53,082 nt of DNA from Candidatus Poseidoniales archaeon. GTDB taxonomy: Archaea; Thermoplasmatota; Poseidoniia; Poseidoniales; Poseidoniaceae. Where the stretch lies: positions 10,021 to 63,102 of the forward strand of contig QQSC01000005.1 of assembly GCA_003602475.1 (NCBI GenBank), given 5' to 3'. Within the stretch, counting starts at the first letter, position 1. Each line of letters starts with the position of its first letter. The position numbers and the translations under genes are program-made. The notes beneath the pieces were generated by a model that was not told where the DNA came from, made no database searches, and saw only the letters and a program-made list of their open reading frames with translations. Positions 43,170 through 52,972 of this stretch are shown here, piece after piece.

Positions 43170-46100
43170 ATGCGTTCTCAGTCCACCTTGTGGCTTGTGT
43201 TGTGGCTGATGGTGACCCTCCCGCTCACGGGAATGGCTCAGCCTTCCTCCACAGGCCATGATTTCGATGTGAATGAACAGGCATCAGAGGCCATGGCGGT
43301 TTCGGAGGAGGAGCGTTTGGCAAGAGCAGCTTCACGTTGGAGTTTACTTCCCCAACCTCAGGTGTTGGCTGGCGACGTCGCCAACTCGACAGGCACGATC
43401 CATTTGGCAGCGGGTTCGTTTGACCCCCTTCTTGGAGAAGGGCCCGAAGTCCCCAAAGGCTTTGATCGTCAAAACGACGGGTTGACCACTGGACTGGCCA
43501 TCGTTCAACTTCATGCACCCAACGGTGATGTCATGGAAGAGCTCGCTAAAAATCACGGTTTGAAAGTGTTGGACGTTTTGCATGACGCAGCATGGCTGGT
43601 TCGTTTGCCATCGCCTCCAGCATTGGCCATCGATGGTCTTCAGGTCAGCGAACTGGTCAGGTGGGTCGGTCATCAGCAACCAGGATGGCGGCTTGCGCCC
43701 ATGCTTCACGAAACTTGGGATGAGGTTGACGCCTTGACCGTCGTCCCAACTCCGGATTTGGCCGTTGGAGGGTACGAATCCCTTGCTCGAGATGCTGTTC
43801 GATACGGCGCAGATGATGCATGGTGTGATGCTTGGCTCTGTCGCCTCTCCGTGGACCACACACGTAGCGATGACCTGTTGTTGCACTTGGTCCGTGATGG
43901 TCGTGTGATGTGGGTTGAACCTTCTGCACCAATGGTGCCTCACAACGCCGTGGCATGGACCATTGCTGGCGTGGCGGATGTTTCCAGCAACGCCACCTTC
44001 TCGCTCGACGGTTCTGGCGAAATGATTGCTATTGCGGACACGGGATTGGATCAGAACCATCCCGACCTCACCGGACGTGTGGCAGGTGTGGTGACCCAAT
44101 ACGGGTTGGACTCTTCACCTGCCGATTCCAATTCAGGACACGGCACACACGTGGCGATTACCGTGGTTGGCAACGGCACAGGAGATGCTTCTGCACGAGG
44201 CGTAGCTCCGGCTGCGAACTTGGTCATGTATGCACTGGAATACGACCCTACGGGGGCATTTGGCCGAATCGGCTCGATCTACGACATGTTGCGCGACGCT
44301 GAGCAGTTAACCGCACGTATTGCTGTGAATGCTTGGGGCTTGAACGGGAACTACGGTCAATACACCGCCGATGCTCGCTCGGTCGACATTTTCGTTCGTG
44401 ACCGTTCGGACGTGACGCCGGTGTTTTCGGTGGGGGACCGTGGAACCTTGGGGGCGTCCCAAATTACCTCACCGGCAACCGCCAAAAACGTGATCGCCGT
44501 AGGTGCGTCCACAACCGGAGTCGGCGGAACGGCCGCTGCAGGCAGCGTAGCGAACTTTTCATCTCAGGGACCGGCTTTGGACGGTCGGATCAAACCGGAT
44601 GTCGTTGCGCCGGGTGTTGGGATTTGTTCAGGACTTGCTGAGGAGGCTCAGTATCCGGCCGGCCCAGATTGTCTTTCCGGCTCCCACAGCAGCGGCAACG
44701 CCTACTACATGTCGCTCTCAGGAACATCTCAAGCCACGGCTGTCGCCTCCGGCATCACTGCATTGACCAGAGAGTTCATCCGTGAACAAGTGGGTGTCAA
44801 CGCCCCAAGCAGTGCTCTGGTCAAAGCCGCTGTCATCAACGGGGCTGAAGACTTGGGAACGCCCGACATCCCCAACGCCATGGAGGGGTGGGGTCAAGTT
44901 GACCTCGAACGGACCTTGATGCCCATGAACGGGGCACAAGCGCTCGACACGTTTTTGGGCGACGCTACAACACTCAATCCCGGCTATTCACTCTTGTATT
45001 CTTTCGATCTCAACCCTTCCCACGGGGTGGACATCACCCTCGCATGGACGGACGCTGCAGGCAGTGCAAACGGCCCTCAAAACACCCCTCGGTTGGTGAA
45101 CGATCTCGACGTGACCCTCATCAGTCCCAGTGGTGACGAATGGCACGGTAACGTGTTCTCAAACGGCTTTTCTGTCACCGGAGGGACCGCCGACACCGTC
45201 AACAACGTCGAGCGCATTCGCATTGACGCAGGGACGTTGCCTGATTTGTCGGGAGACTGGACGGTCCAAATTGACCACAAAGAAGGTTCATCCCAGCGCT
45301 TTGGCTTGGTGGTGACGGCCGTCGCTTCCCCCACACCACAGTCCGATTTGGCGGTGTTCAACGAAAGCATTGTCTTGTCTTCGGTCGAACCCCTGCTCAA
45401 CGACCTGATTTCCATTCGACTTGCTTGGGTGAATCAAGGAACAAGCACCACACCGGGTTTTGACATTCTTGTGGAAGACCTGACCACCAACGAAACCCTC
45501 ACCACTTCCACTCGAAGCGGTTTGACTTCTGGGGCGTTGGATTCGTTTACCATTTTCCATCAATTCACCACCACTGGGTTGCACCGCTTACGGCTGTCCG
45601 TTGACACCACAAACGGCGTGACAGAACTCAACGACGCCACAAACGGTGTCAACAACAACATTTGGGAACAAGACATCATCGTACGAGCTCTCGGTGTTCG
45701 TGTCGTGGTCAACAATGCAGACGGGACCGTGCCGCAAACAGCCGAAGAGCGAGAAGACAACGCGATTTTCACGCTCGACGTTGCGAACGAGTCAGGTTTT
45801 GACATTCCGTTGTCTGTGTTGCACGAAGGTACTGGCAACCAATCGGTCACCATCTCATCGACCACGGTTCAGGTTCCTGCGGAGGGGAGGCCAAATTTCT
45901 TCCTTCCAAGCGAAGATGCATGGTCACGAACATTCAACGAAACAACGGAATTCCTCTTGACCCCTCAAGGCACCGATGACGCCAACAAAACCTTGGACTT
46001 GAGATTGGAAGATTTGGACGCAGATTTCACCACCTCTCCCGAAAACCCACGCTTCGTTCGTGCGGGTACCTATGTCGTTGAAATCACCGCTCGTTACGAA

Positions 46101-48155
46101 TTCCAGCCGTCTGTTGCCCACACACAGCGAATCATGTTGATCGTCCCCCAGGTCGACCAAGTACAGGTGGTGGCGGCAGGGACGGCTGGGCTGGAAGCGC
46201 AACCGGGCAGCTCCAGCTTTTTCTCCATCTCGGTTCGTAACACCGGGAATGCTCCAGCCCAATACAGCGTTGAATGCGAATCTCAAAACCGCTGGCAATT
46301 GATGCTTGGTGGATCAAATTCGTCACGGCTTGATTTCGAACCACTGAACATTCTCGAATTTCTCCCCATGTCAATACGAATCATTGTCCCCCTTGTGGCC
46401 AATGGGATGCCTGCAGCAGGGGATGTTGACAGCGTCACCTGTTACGTCACCTCGGCCACAGACCCCTTGATGAATTTCACAGAAACCGTATCCATTGTCG
46501 TATTGCCTCAGGAGTCCTTCACCGTCGACGTCTACGACGATGACGGTCCGCTTGGTCCGAGTCAACTCGCAGACGATATTTCGGTGGATTCTGGGCAGCG
46601 GTATCATCTCAACGTCTCGGTCGAGAACACGGGCAACATTGCGGTCGACCTCGAAGTCTCAGCTCTTCCGGACAATCCACAATGGGCCATGAGAGTGTTC
46701 TATGGGGGCGAAGAGGACAACCGACGGGTGAGATTCACCCTGCAGCCAGGCGAGACCACTCGTGTTGAGTTGCTCTTTGCGGTTCCCATCACTGCAGAAG
46801 AAGACGATTTCAACGTTTACACGATCAGAACCGAACGCAGCGTTCAGAATTTTGTACAAAACACCACACGTTTGGTGGTGCGTGAGGAGCTCGACATTCG
46901 ACTCGACGGCCCTGAAGACGAAACCGTCGGTGTGAATGTTTCAGAATCGTATTCATACGGTGTGTTTGAGGTTCAAAACACCGGTAACGTCCCGTTGAAT
47001 CTGGCATGGACTCACGGCCTTGTGCCAGACGGGTGGACCGTTGGTTTCGCAAACCCCACAGTTTACCTTGAACCAAGGGAATCTCGAACCGTACGGCTTG
47101 GATTGGTGCCTCCGGCCCAAACCCCTGCTGGGCCCCAAGATTTTTCTGTGCTCGTCGTCGTCAATGCCTCCAATGCCGGACGATTCATTGAAGCGTCGAT
47201 GAACGTCGATGTCGAGGTCGCTTCAACCATGTTTGCGAATTTGAGTGCGGCTGGCACGACCAACCCGTTCACGGGTGTTTCTCGCAACGATGAGGCTCAG
47301 CAAACATTCAGTGTGCGCAACGACGGTAACGTCGTTCTCAGTGGCATCGTACTCGAGGCCGTTTTGGTGGACGGTTCGGGTGTTGAACGCTCGGATTGGT
47401 CCGTGTCCTTGTCGGCTGACGATCTCAATGGCCTTGGTGTCGGTGAGGTCCGAGAGGTCGTTCTGACGTTGACACCTTCAGGAGATGCCAACCGAGCACC
47501 GGCTACCCTTTACGTCAACTTAAGCAACGACGAAGGTGTGTTGGTAACGTTTGAATCCAAAGCTTCCGTTGAATCAGCGACGGGAGACGACGGTTTGTTC
47601 GCCACCTTGCCTCCAGCGGTCAGCGTAGCCTTGACCCTCGTGATCTTGCTCGGCTTGATCGTTGGTGCCCGTCGGCTCAAGCAGACCGGCACCATTGCTG
47701 AGGACGGTTTGGAACTCGTGGCGCCCAACACACACGCACGCCCAGATCATCTTGGTGAACGAAGGGATGAAGTCTTGGACATCAGCAGTGCCATTAACGA
47801 CATTGCCAGCGGTGAAGTGAGCGATGATGAAATCGCTGCAGCCATCATGCAATCAATGGACCTCCCTGCAACGCCAGTGGCTCCACCAAGCGGCCTACCG
47901 CCTTCTGGTATGCCTCCTGCCGGCATGCCCCCAGCAGGGATGCCTCCAGCAGGGATGCCTCCTGCTGGCCTGCCACCATCGGCGCTTCCAGCCCTCAAGC
48001 AACTCCCCAGCCTACCAGCCGTCGCTCCGCCATCATCTGTTCTGCCAGCCGTCCCACCCGGGCCACCGTTGCCACCCAGCGGTTTACCTCCCGGTTGGAC
48101 CATGGACCAATGGCGACATTACGGTGAAGAATGGCTTCGTCGCCAGCAGGGCTGA
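43170..48155 (+). CDS. Membrane-anchored S8 (subtilisin-like) serine protease with CARDB/Ig-like domains
   Basis: Triad motifs IADTGLD, GHGTHVA, SGTSQAT; KPDVVAPG; NDLDV..NNVE domain; SDLAV..VDTTNGVTEL CARDB-like; V.NTGN Ig repeats; TM; Pro-rich tail. Confidence 0.95.
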   Translation: MRSQSTLWLVLWLMVTLPLTGMAQPSSTGHDFDVNEQASEAMAVSEEERLARAASRWSLLPQPQVLAGDVANSTGTIHLAAGSFDPLLGEGPEVPKGFDRQNDGLTTGLAIVQLHAPNGDVMEELAKNHGLKVLDVLHDAAWLVRLPSPPALAIDGLQVSELVRWVGHQQPGWRLAPMLHETWDEVDALTVVPTPDLAVGGYESLARDAVRYGADDAWCDAWLCRLSVDHTRSDDLLLHLVRDGRVMWVEPSAPMVPHNAVAWTIAGVADVSSNATFSLDGSGEMIAIADTGLDQNHPDLTGRVAGVVTQYGLDSSPADSNSGHGTHVAITVVGNGTGDASARGVAPAANLVMYALEYDPTGAFGRIGSIYDMLRDAEQLTARIAVNAWGLNGNYGQYTADARSVDIFVRDRSDVTPVFSVGDRGTLGASQITSPATAKNVIAVGASTTGVGGTAAAGSVANFSSQGPALDGRIKPDVVAPGVGICSGLAEEAQYPAGPDCLSGSHSSGNAYYMSLSGTSQATAVASGITALTREFIREQVGVNAPSSALVKAAVINGAEDLGTPDIPNAMEGWGQVDLERTLMPMNGAQALDTFLGDATTLNPGYSLLYSFDLNPSHGVDITLAWTDAAGSANGPQNTPRLVNDLDVTLISPSGDEWHGNVFSNGFSVTGGTADTVNNVERIRIDAGTLPDLSGDWTVQIDHKEGSSQRFGLVVTAVASPTPQSDLAVFNESIVLSSVEPLLNDLISIRLAWVNQGTSTTPGFDILVEDLTTNETLTTSTRSGLTSGALDSFTIFHQFTTTGLHRLRLSVDTTNGVTELNDATNGVNNNIWEQDIIVRALGVRVVVNNADGTVPQTAEEREDNAIFTLDVANESGFDIPLSVLHEGTGNQSVTISSTTVQVPAEGRPNFFLPSEDAWSRTFNETTEFLLTPQGTDDANKTLDLRLEDLDADFTTSPENPRFVRAGTYVVEITARYEFQPSVAHTQRIMLIVPQVDQVQVVAAGTAGLEAQPGSSSFFSISVRNTGNAPAQYSVECESQNRWQLMLGGSNSSRLDFEPLNILEFLPMSIRIIVPLVANGMPAAGDVDSVTCYVTSATDPLMNFTETVSIVVLPQESFTVDVYDDDGPLGPSQLADDISVDSGQRYHLNVSVENTGNIAVDLEVSALPDNPQWAMRVFYGGEEDNRRVRFTLQPGETTRVELLFAVPITAEEDDFNVYTIRTERSVQNFVQNTTRLVVREELDIRLDGPEDETVGVNVSESYSYGVFEVQNTGNVPLNLAWTHGLVPDGWTVGFANPTVYLEPRESRTVRLGLVPPAQTPAGPQDFSVLVVVNASNAGRFIEASMNVDVEVASTMFANLSAAGTTNPFTGVSRNDEAQQTFSVRNDGNVVLSGIVLEAVLVDGSGVERSDWSVSLSADDLNGLGVGEVREVVLTLTPSGDANRAPATLYVNLSNDEGVLVTFESKASVESATGDDGLFATLPPAVSVALTLVILLGLIVGARRLKQTGTIAEDGLELVAPNTHARPDHLGERRDEVLDISSAINDIASGEVSDDEIAAAIMQSMDLPATPVAPPSGLPPSGMPPAGMPPAGMPPAGMPPAGLPPSALPALKQLPSLPAVAPPSSVLPAVPPGPPLPPSGLPPGWTMDQWRHYGEEWLRRQQG
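47892..47981 (+). repeat. Six imperfect 15-nt tandem units encoding G[LM]PP[SA]
   Basis: ggcctaccgccttct ggtatgcctcctgcc ggcatgcccccagca gggatgcctccagca gggatgcctcctgct ggcctgccaccatcg. Confidence 0.9.
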
Positions 48156-48193
48156 TGTGTGAATCTTGAAAGGTGAGAGGTTCTCCCAGCCTC

Positions 48194-48820
48194 ATGGGCA
48201 GCATCGTATTGTTTGGACCTCCCGGCGCTGGAAAAGGCACGCAAGCTGCCAACATCATGCGCGAGACTGGGCTCCCACAGGTCTCCACAGGTGACATGCT
48301 CCGTGCAGCCATCAAGGCTGGCAGTTCCATCGGGTTGGAGGCCAAGGCCTACATGGACCGGGGTGCACTTGTGCCCGACGATGTCATTTTGGGTCTCATT
48401 CAAGGTCGATTGTTGGAAGACGACGCCAAAAACGGCGTGATGTTTGACGGCTTCCCACGAACCATCCCTCAAGCAGAGGCTCTTGCCGACTTGACCACCA
48501 TCACACACGTGTTGGCCATCGAGGTGCCGGACGAGCGAATCGTTGAACGAATTTGCGGAAGGGTCAGCTGTGGTGCATGCGGAGCCGTTTATCACGACGT
48601 GTTCAACAATGTCCCCAGCAGCGGATGCCCCTGCGGGACATTCATCGAAAAACGTCGAGCGGATGACAACGAATCCACGGTCCAAAACAGACTGCATGCC
48701 TACCATGAACAGACCTCACCGTTGGCGGCATGGTATCAAGAGCGTGGCGTGTTCCATGCGGTCAACGGAGACCGCGACATCAATGCCGTTTCGCAAGACC
48801 TTCTTGGCCTTCTGAACTGA
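48194..48820 (+). CDS. adk: Adenylate kinase (bacterial-type, Cys-containing lid)
   Basis: GPPGAGKGT, STGDMLR, GALVPD, DGFPRT, RRADD. Confidence 0.96.
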   Translation: MGSIVLFGPPGAGKGTQAANIMRETGLPQVSTGDMLRAAIKAGSSIGLEAKAYMDRGALVPDDVILGLIQGRLLEDDAKNGVMFDGFPRTIPQAEALADLTTITHVLAIEVPDERIVERICGRVSCGACGAVYHDVFNNVPSSGCPCGTFIEKRRADDNESTVQNRLHAYHEQTSPLAAWYQERGVFHAVNGDRDINAVSQDLLGLLN

Positions 48821-48830
48821 GGTGATTTGC

Positions 48831-49184
48831 ATGGGTCGTCGTCGTCACTCAAAGCGCGGGCAATCTCGCCAAAAGCAGGCTAAACAAGCGCAACATCACC
48901 TTCTCAACCTCCTGGCTTCCCATCAAGAGTTGCCAGAGGAATTGGTTGATTCGGCTGCTGTTCATTTGATGAAAATCACGCGACGCCATCGACTTCGAAT
49001 TCCAGTGACGCACCGTCATTTGGTGTGCCGCGCCTGCTGGGCACCTCACACACGCAGTGTCAACCTTCGAGTTCGGATCAAACACGGACAGCGAATCGCT
49101 ACTTGCACCGTCTGCGGTGACTTACGGCGACAAGGGGGCGGACCCAAATCACATCGCATTCGACCTTCAGAGGTGAGCGTTTGA
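48831..49184 (+). CDS. rnp4: Ribonuclease P protein component 4 (Rpp21)
   Basis: RHRLRIP...CRAC...RVRI...TCTVCG..RR; adjacent to yhbY as is usual in archaea. Confidence 0.8.
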   Translation: MGRRRHSKRGQSRQKQAKQAQHHLLNLLASHQELPEELVDSAAVHLMKITRRHRLRIPVTHRHLVCRACWAPHTRSVNLRVRIKHGQRIATCTVCGDLRRQGGGPKSHRIRPSEVSV

Positions 49185-49447
49185 CCGACATTCCTGCGTA
49201 CATATTGACCCAAGCCAAATCTCGTGAATTGCAACCCAGCGTCCGTATTGGAAAGGCCGGGTTGACCGAAACAGTGGTTGAAGAAATCAATGCTCAACTC
49301 AACAAGCGCGGTCTTGTTAAAATTAAGGCCAACAAAGGATTGTTTGAACGAAATCAACGGTCGGAGGTGTGGTCCTACCTTTCCGAAGCCACCACATCGG
49401 TCGTTGTTCTAAAGCGAGGGAATATCGGAGTTTTGTGGCGCCGATAA
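49181..49447 (+). CDS. yhbY: YhbY/CRM-domain RNA-binding protein
   Basis: LQPSVRIGKAGLTETVVEEINAQL..RGLVKIK...RGN..VLWR. TTG start overlaps the upstream TGA. Confidence 0.88.
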   Translation: MTDIPAYILTQAKSRELQPSVRIGKAGLTETVVEEINAQLNKRGLVKIKANKGLFERNQRSEVWSYLSEATTSVVVLKRGNIGVLWRR

Positions 49448-49508
49448 GGAATGGGACGCAAAGGGTCAAAGAGGGGCTTTCAGTCCCCGTGGGCAGGAAG
49501 CGCACGCT

Positions 49509-51242
49509 ATGAACAGTAACCTCTTCACGAACCGAAGCCGACAGATCTCCTTCGCTTTGTTGCTCATGGTTGGCTTTATGCTGCTCATGGGGTATTCCTC
49601 GGCAGCTGGAGGAGGATCACTTGAACTCGACGTTCACATCAAAGATGGCTACGAATCGCAAGCCATTGCCGTTGGTTTGCTCATCCTCTTTGCCGTGTAC
49701 GCCCTGATTATTTTTGAATGGGTTCACCGAACATTGGCCGCTGCAGTTGGCGGTCTTCTTGCCGTGTTGGCTCTCAATTTCTACGCCGTTGAAGACACCT
49801 TCACACTCGCAGAAATCACCACGATGATCGATTGGGAAACCATCGGTTTGCTGTTGGGTATGATGGTGATGGTTGGTATATTGTCCAATACGGGGGTTTT
49901 CGAATACTTCGCAGTCCTTTCCTACAAGAAAAGCGGTGGCTCGATTTGGACGCTTGTTGTGATCCTTTGCACGGTGACTGCGGTTTTATCCGCCTTCCTC
50001 GACAACGTGACCACCATGCTTCTCCTGACTCCTGTCACCATTCAATTGGCGAAAGTTTTGGACATCAAACCAATACCCCTTCTCATCTCAGAGGTCTTGT
50101 TTTCCAACATTGGTGGTGCGGCGACCATGATTGGCGACCCACCCAACATCATGATCGGCTCTGGCCTTTCTCCTGGCAAAATTGAGAGCGTTGAGGGCGG
50201 CAAGTACGCCTACATGTCAGAATTTGGCGTCACATTCAACGACTTCATCATCGAAATGGGCCCGGGCATTCTCATGTGTATTGTTCCTTCTTTCATGTTC
50301 ATCAAGTGGTTCTACCGCGATGAATTTTCCGGAACCCGGTTCCGCGATGTTGCTGAACTTGAAGCAAAGTACGGCATCAAGGACCCAGCCATGCTCCGTG
50401 TTGCGGGCATCATCCTTGCCATTGTGATCCTGAACTTTTTCATCCACCCCATTACGGGCATCGCTGTTTCATGGATTGCTCTTGTCGGTGCGGTTGTGAT
50501 GCTGTTGGCCACGGACCGTCACGACATAGAAGAGCCACTTCACCATGTCGAATGGACCACATTGCTGTTCTTTGCCGGGCTCTTCGTCCTGGTGCACTCG
50601 TTGCAGTACTTGGACGTCATCGACTTCATCGGCAATTACGTTGAGCGAGCAATCGCTGCATTCGGCGATGACACCGCCGAGGGTCAAACCACCCGTCTTG
50701 CTGCGGCCGTTTTGATCGTCCTCTGGGTGTCGGCCATTGCTTCGGCTTTCATTGACAACATTCCGTACACTGCGACCATGATACCCATTGTTCTCATCAT
50801 TGCGGACAACCTTGGTGCTTACCTCCTCGAACCCATGATTTGGGCATTGGCCTTCGGAGCCTGCCTCGGAGGCAACGGGACGCTCATCGGTGCTTCTGCG
50901 AACGTGGTGACGGCTGGCATGTCAGAAGACGCTGGTTATCCAATATCGTTCAATGAATTTTTCAAGGCTGGGTTCCCAATTATGATCCTCACCACCTTCA
51001 TTGTCTCGTTCTACATGTTGGCCGTTTATGTGATCGGTGGGGAAGAGTTTGGTACATACATGAAACTCATCCTCGTTGGTATCACCACAATTGGCATCAT
51101 CATGCAGGTTTCACGGGGCAGAGGCAAAGGAAAATCCTTCGCCGAAGCCCTTGTTGACGATGAAATGAGCGGCATCAGCGAATTGGTGACCACCACCAAG
51201 TCCGTCGCTGCAAGCATCGTTCGTGGCAACGAAGAGGAATGA
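49509..51242 (+). CDS. ArsB/NhaD (IT superfamily, P-protein-like) ion transporter
   Basis: IDWETIGLLLGMM, SAFLDNVTT, SNIGGAATMIGDPPNIMI, SAFIDNIP, GACLGGNGTLIGASANV. Confidence 0.92.
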   Translation: MNSNLFTNRSRQISFALLLMVGFMLLMGYSSAAGGGSLELDVHIKDGYESQAIAVGLLILFAVYALIIFEWVHRTLAAAVGGLLAVLALNFYAVEDTFTLAEITTMIDWETIGLLLGMMVMVGILSNTGVFEYFAVLSYKKSGGSIWTLVVILCTVTAVLSAFLDNVTTMLLLTPVTIQLAKVLDIKPIPLLISEVLFSNIGGAATMIGDPPNIMIGSGLSPGKIESVEGGKYAYMSEFGVTFNDFIIEMGPGILMCIVPSFMFIKWFYRDEFSGTRFRDVAELEAKYGIKDPAMLRVAGIILAIVILNFFIHPITGIAVSWIALVGAVVMLLATDRHDIEEPLHHVEWTTLLFFAGLFVLVHSLQYLDVIDFIGNYVERAIAAFGDDTAEGQTTRLAAAVLIVLWVSAIASAFIDNIPYTATMIPIVLIIADNLGAYLLEPMIWALAFGACLGGNGTLIGASANVVTAGMSEDAGYPISFNEFFKAGFPIMILTTFIVSFYMLAVYVIGGEEFGTYMKLILVGITTIGIIMQVSRGRGKGKSFAEALVDDEMSGISELVTTTKSVAASIVRGNEEE

Positions 51243-51300
51243 ACTCAACTCAGCGTTCACTTCAAGGGCTGTGGCGTAGAGCACCCGTTGGGGGACCGCC

Positions 51301-52872
51301 GTGTTTGAATGCCGTGTTTGTGGTTTGCTGTCCTTGAAGGGGCCATCATGCCCCGGGTGCGGGAGTCAATTGCGCACGGACCTCTCCCTTGAACTGGACG
51401 ATGATGAGTTCGTTCCAACAGAAGTTCCTGGTCTGGAAGATGCTGCGGAATCGTGGTACGAACTCGAAGGCATGGACCGTCCCAAAGAGAATCCAGCCTC
51501 TCCTCCCGCTTCCACCTCCTCACCAGGGAGTTTGCCGTTTGGATTTCAGGGTGAGTCCAACACCTACCAACCCAACCTTCTTTTTGGCATTGGAAGCTTT
51601 GCCAACGGTATGCCCTTTTCCGGACCGGCAGAGCCCCAAATGGCTGCACCAGCCTCGTTGCAGACGCCAACGATGGCCGCTCCGGTCACAACACCACGTG
51701 CGCCTAAAATGCCCGCTCCCCCCTCCGTATTGCCCTCAAAATCACGAGAGGGAGAGATGGCTACAGTCCCCCTCCCAAACTTCGCTCCGCCTTCATCCAA
51801 GCGAGCAGAAGTGGCCGGGTCGGTTTCTGCCCCGGTGCCTCTGCCCTCCTCGTCCACACCAGAGATGGAACACGTGCCGCTCCCGGTCGTTGAATCTCCT
51901 TCGTCCGCGGTTGATGATGGACACGAGCCCGTTGGGCCCGAAGACGCCCCCATTGAGCCATTGGACATGCCGACCGATGCGTCCCCCCCCACGCCGCTGA
52001 CAACGCCGCTGCCCCCTCCTCCTGCTCCAGTGCAGACCGAAGTGTCGCAACCCGTACGATTGGAGCCCAGCCGCCTGGTCGAGGCAGGACAAGGGTCATT
52101 CGAGCACTTGCCTGAACCTGCAGATGAGGCGGTCCCGGATTACTGGCGCATTGATGCTCCGATCCCAGATTACACCACCATCTATGAAACGCCCGAAGAG
52201 GTGGTGGAGGTTGTCCATGACGTGGACGAAACCGACGTTGTGGTCTACCAACACGAAGCGACCCAAGCAGCAGCGGTGTTCAAGACGCCCTTGGAAGCGA
52301 GTCAGCCCGATCAACGGACCTCTGGGTTCCGACTTCGACTTCATCCCGCACAAGCCTTGGCCGTGGATGTTGAAGGTGAACCAGAGCATGCCGAATGGGT
52401 CAAGGAAGGCTACGCTGGATTGGCTTCCTCCAATTGGGGCTCTGCGGCCCGTTCATTCCAACGGTTGGCAGGTCAACGCCCACAAGATGCTGCGGCGATG
52501 AACAATTACGGCATCTCACTTCTCCAACGAGCCATTGGGATGGCAGAATCGTCTCCAGGCGACCAAGATGCGACCGTGTCGGCCCAATTTGAATCGGCGA
52601 TCCTGGCGCTGAGGGAAGCGGCCAAGGCCGATCCGACAAACGGTGATATCCTCGTTAACCTGGCACACGCCCTCATCGAGAGCGGTCGGTCGGAGAAAGC
52701 ACTGGGCATCATGAACGTCCACAATCAGCGGACACCCGGCGATGCCAAGGGCATGAACACCCAAGCGGTTGCCCTTTCACAGCTGGGTCAAATGGCCCAA
52801 GCCATTGACGTCTTGAAGTCAATTCACGGTGACGCTGTAGCCACTTCGAATCTTGCGCAATTCACCGGCTGA
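51301..52872 (+). CDS. Zinc ribbon - Pro-rich linker - TPR protein
   Basis: N-terminal CRVC..CPGC, long P/S/E-rich region, C-terminal TPRs (AMNNYGISL, ILVNLAHAL, MNTQAVALSQLG). Confidence 0.8.
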   Translation: MFECRVCGLLSLKGPSCPGCGSQLRTDLSLELDDDEFVPTEVPGLEDAAESWYELEGMDRPKENPASPPASTSSPGSLPFGFQGESNTYQPNLLFGIGSFANGMPFSGPAEPQMAAPASLQTPTMAAPVTTPRAPKMPAPPSVLPSKSREGEMATVPLPNFAPPSSKRAEVAGSVSAPVPLPSSSTPEMEHVPLPVVESPSSAVDDGHEPVGPEDAPIEPLDMPTDASPPTPLTTPLPPPPAPVQTEVSQPVRLEPSRLVEAGQGSFEHLPEPADEAVPDYWRIDAPIPDYTTIYETPEEVVEVVHDVDETDVVVYQHEATQAAAVFKTPLEASQPDQRTSGFRLRLHPAQALAVDVEGEPEHAEWVKEGYAGLASSNWGSAARSFQRLAGQRPQDAAAMNNYGISLLQRAIGMAESSPGDQDATVSAQFESAILALREAAKADPTNGDILVNLAHALIESGRSEKALGIMNVHNQRTPGDAKGMNTQAVALSQLGQMAQAIDVLKSIHGDAVATSNLAQFTG

Positions 52873-52940
52873 ACGCCGTCACTTCATCAATTCGTGGATT
52901 TTAGCGAAAAAACGACGCTGTGTCGCATTCAGAAGACCAA

Positions 52941-52972
52941 TGAAGACCGATTTCTTGATATAGGGGTCTTCA
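52941..52972 (+). promoter_or_regulatory. Putative promoter: TATA-like TTGATATA flanked by inverted repeat TGAAGACC-N16-GGTCTTCA
   Basis: Perfect 8-bp arms at 52941-52948 and 52965-52972; TTGATATA at 52955. Confidence 0.5.

Noticed and set aside
43344-44099. 251-aa minus-strand ORF (and many similar short alternative ORFs)
   Set aside because: Shadow of the S8 protease; such ORFs are expected at this GC content.
47892-47981. Tandem repeat as CRISPR or mobile-element end
   Set aside because: No spacers; in-frame coding repeat with synonymous variation.
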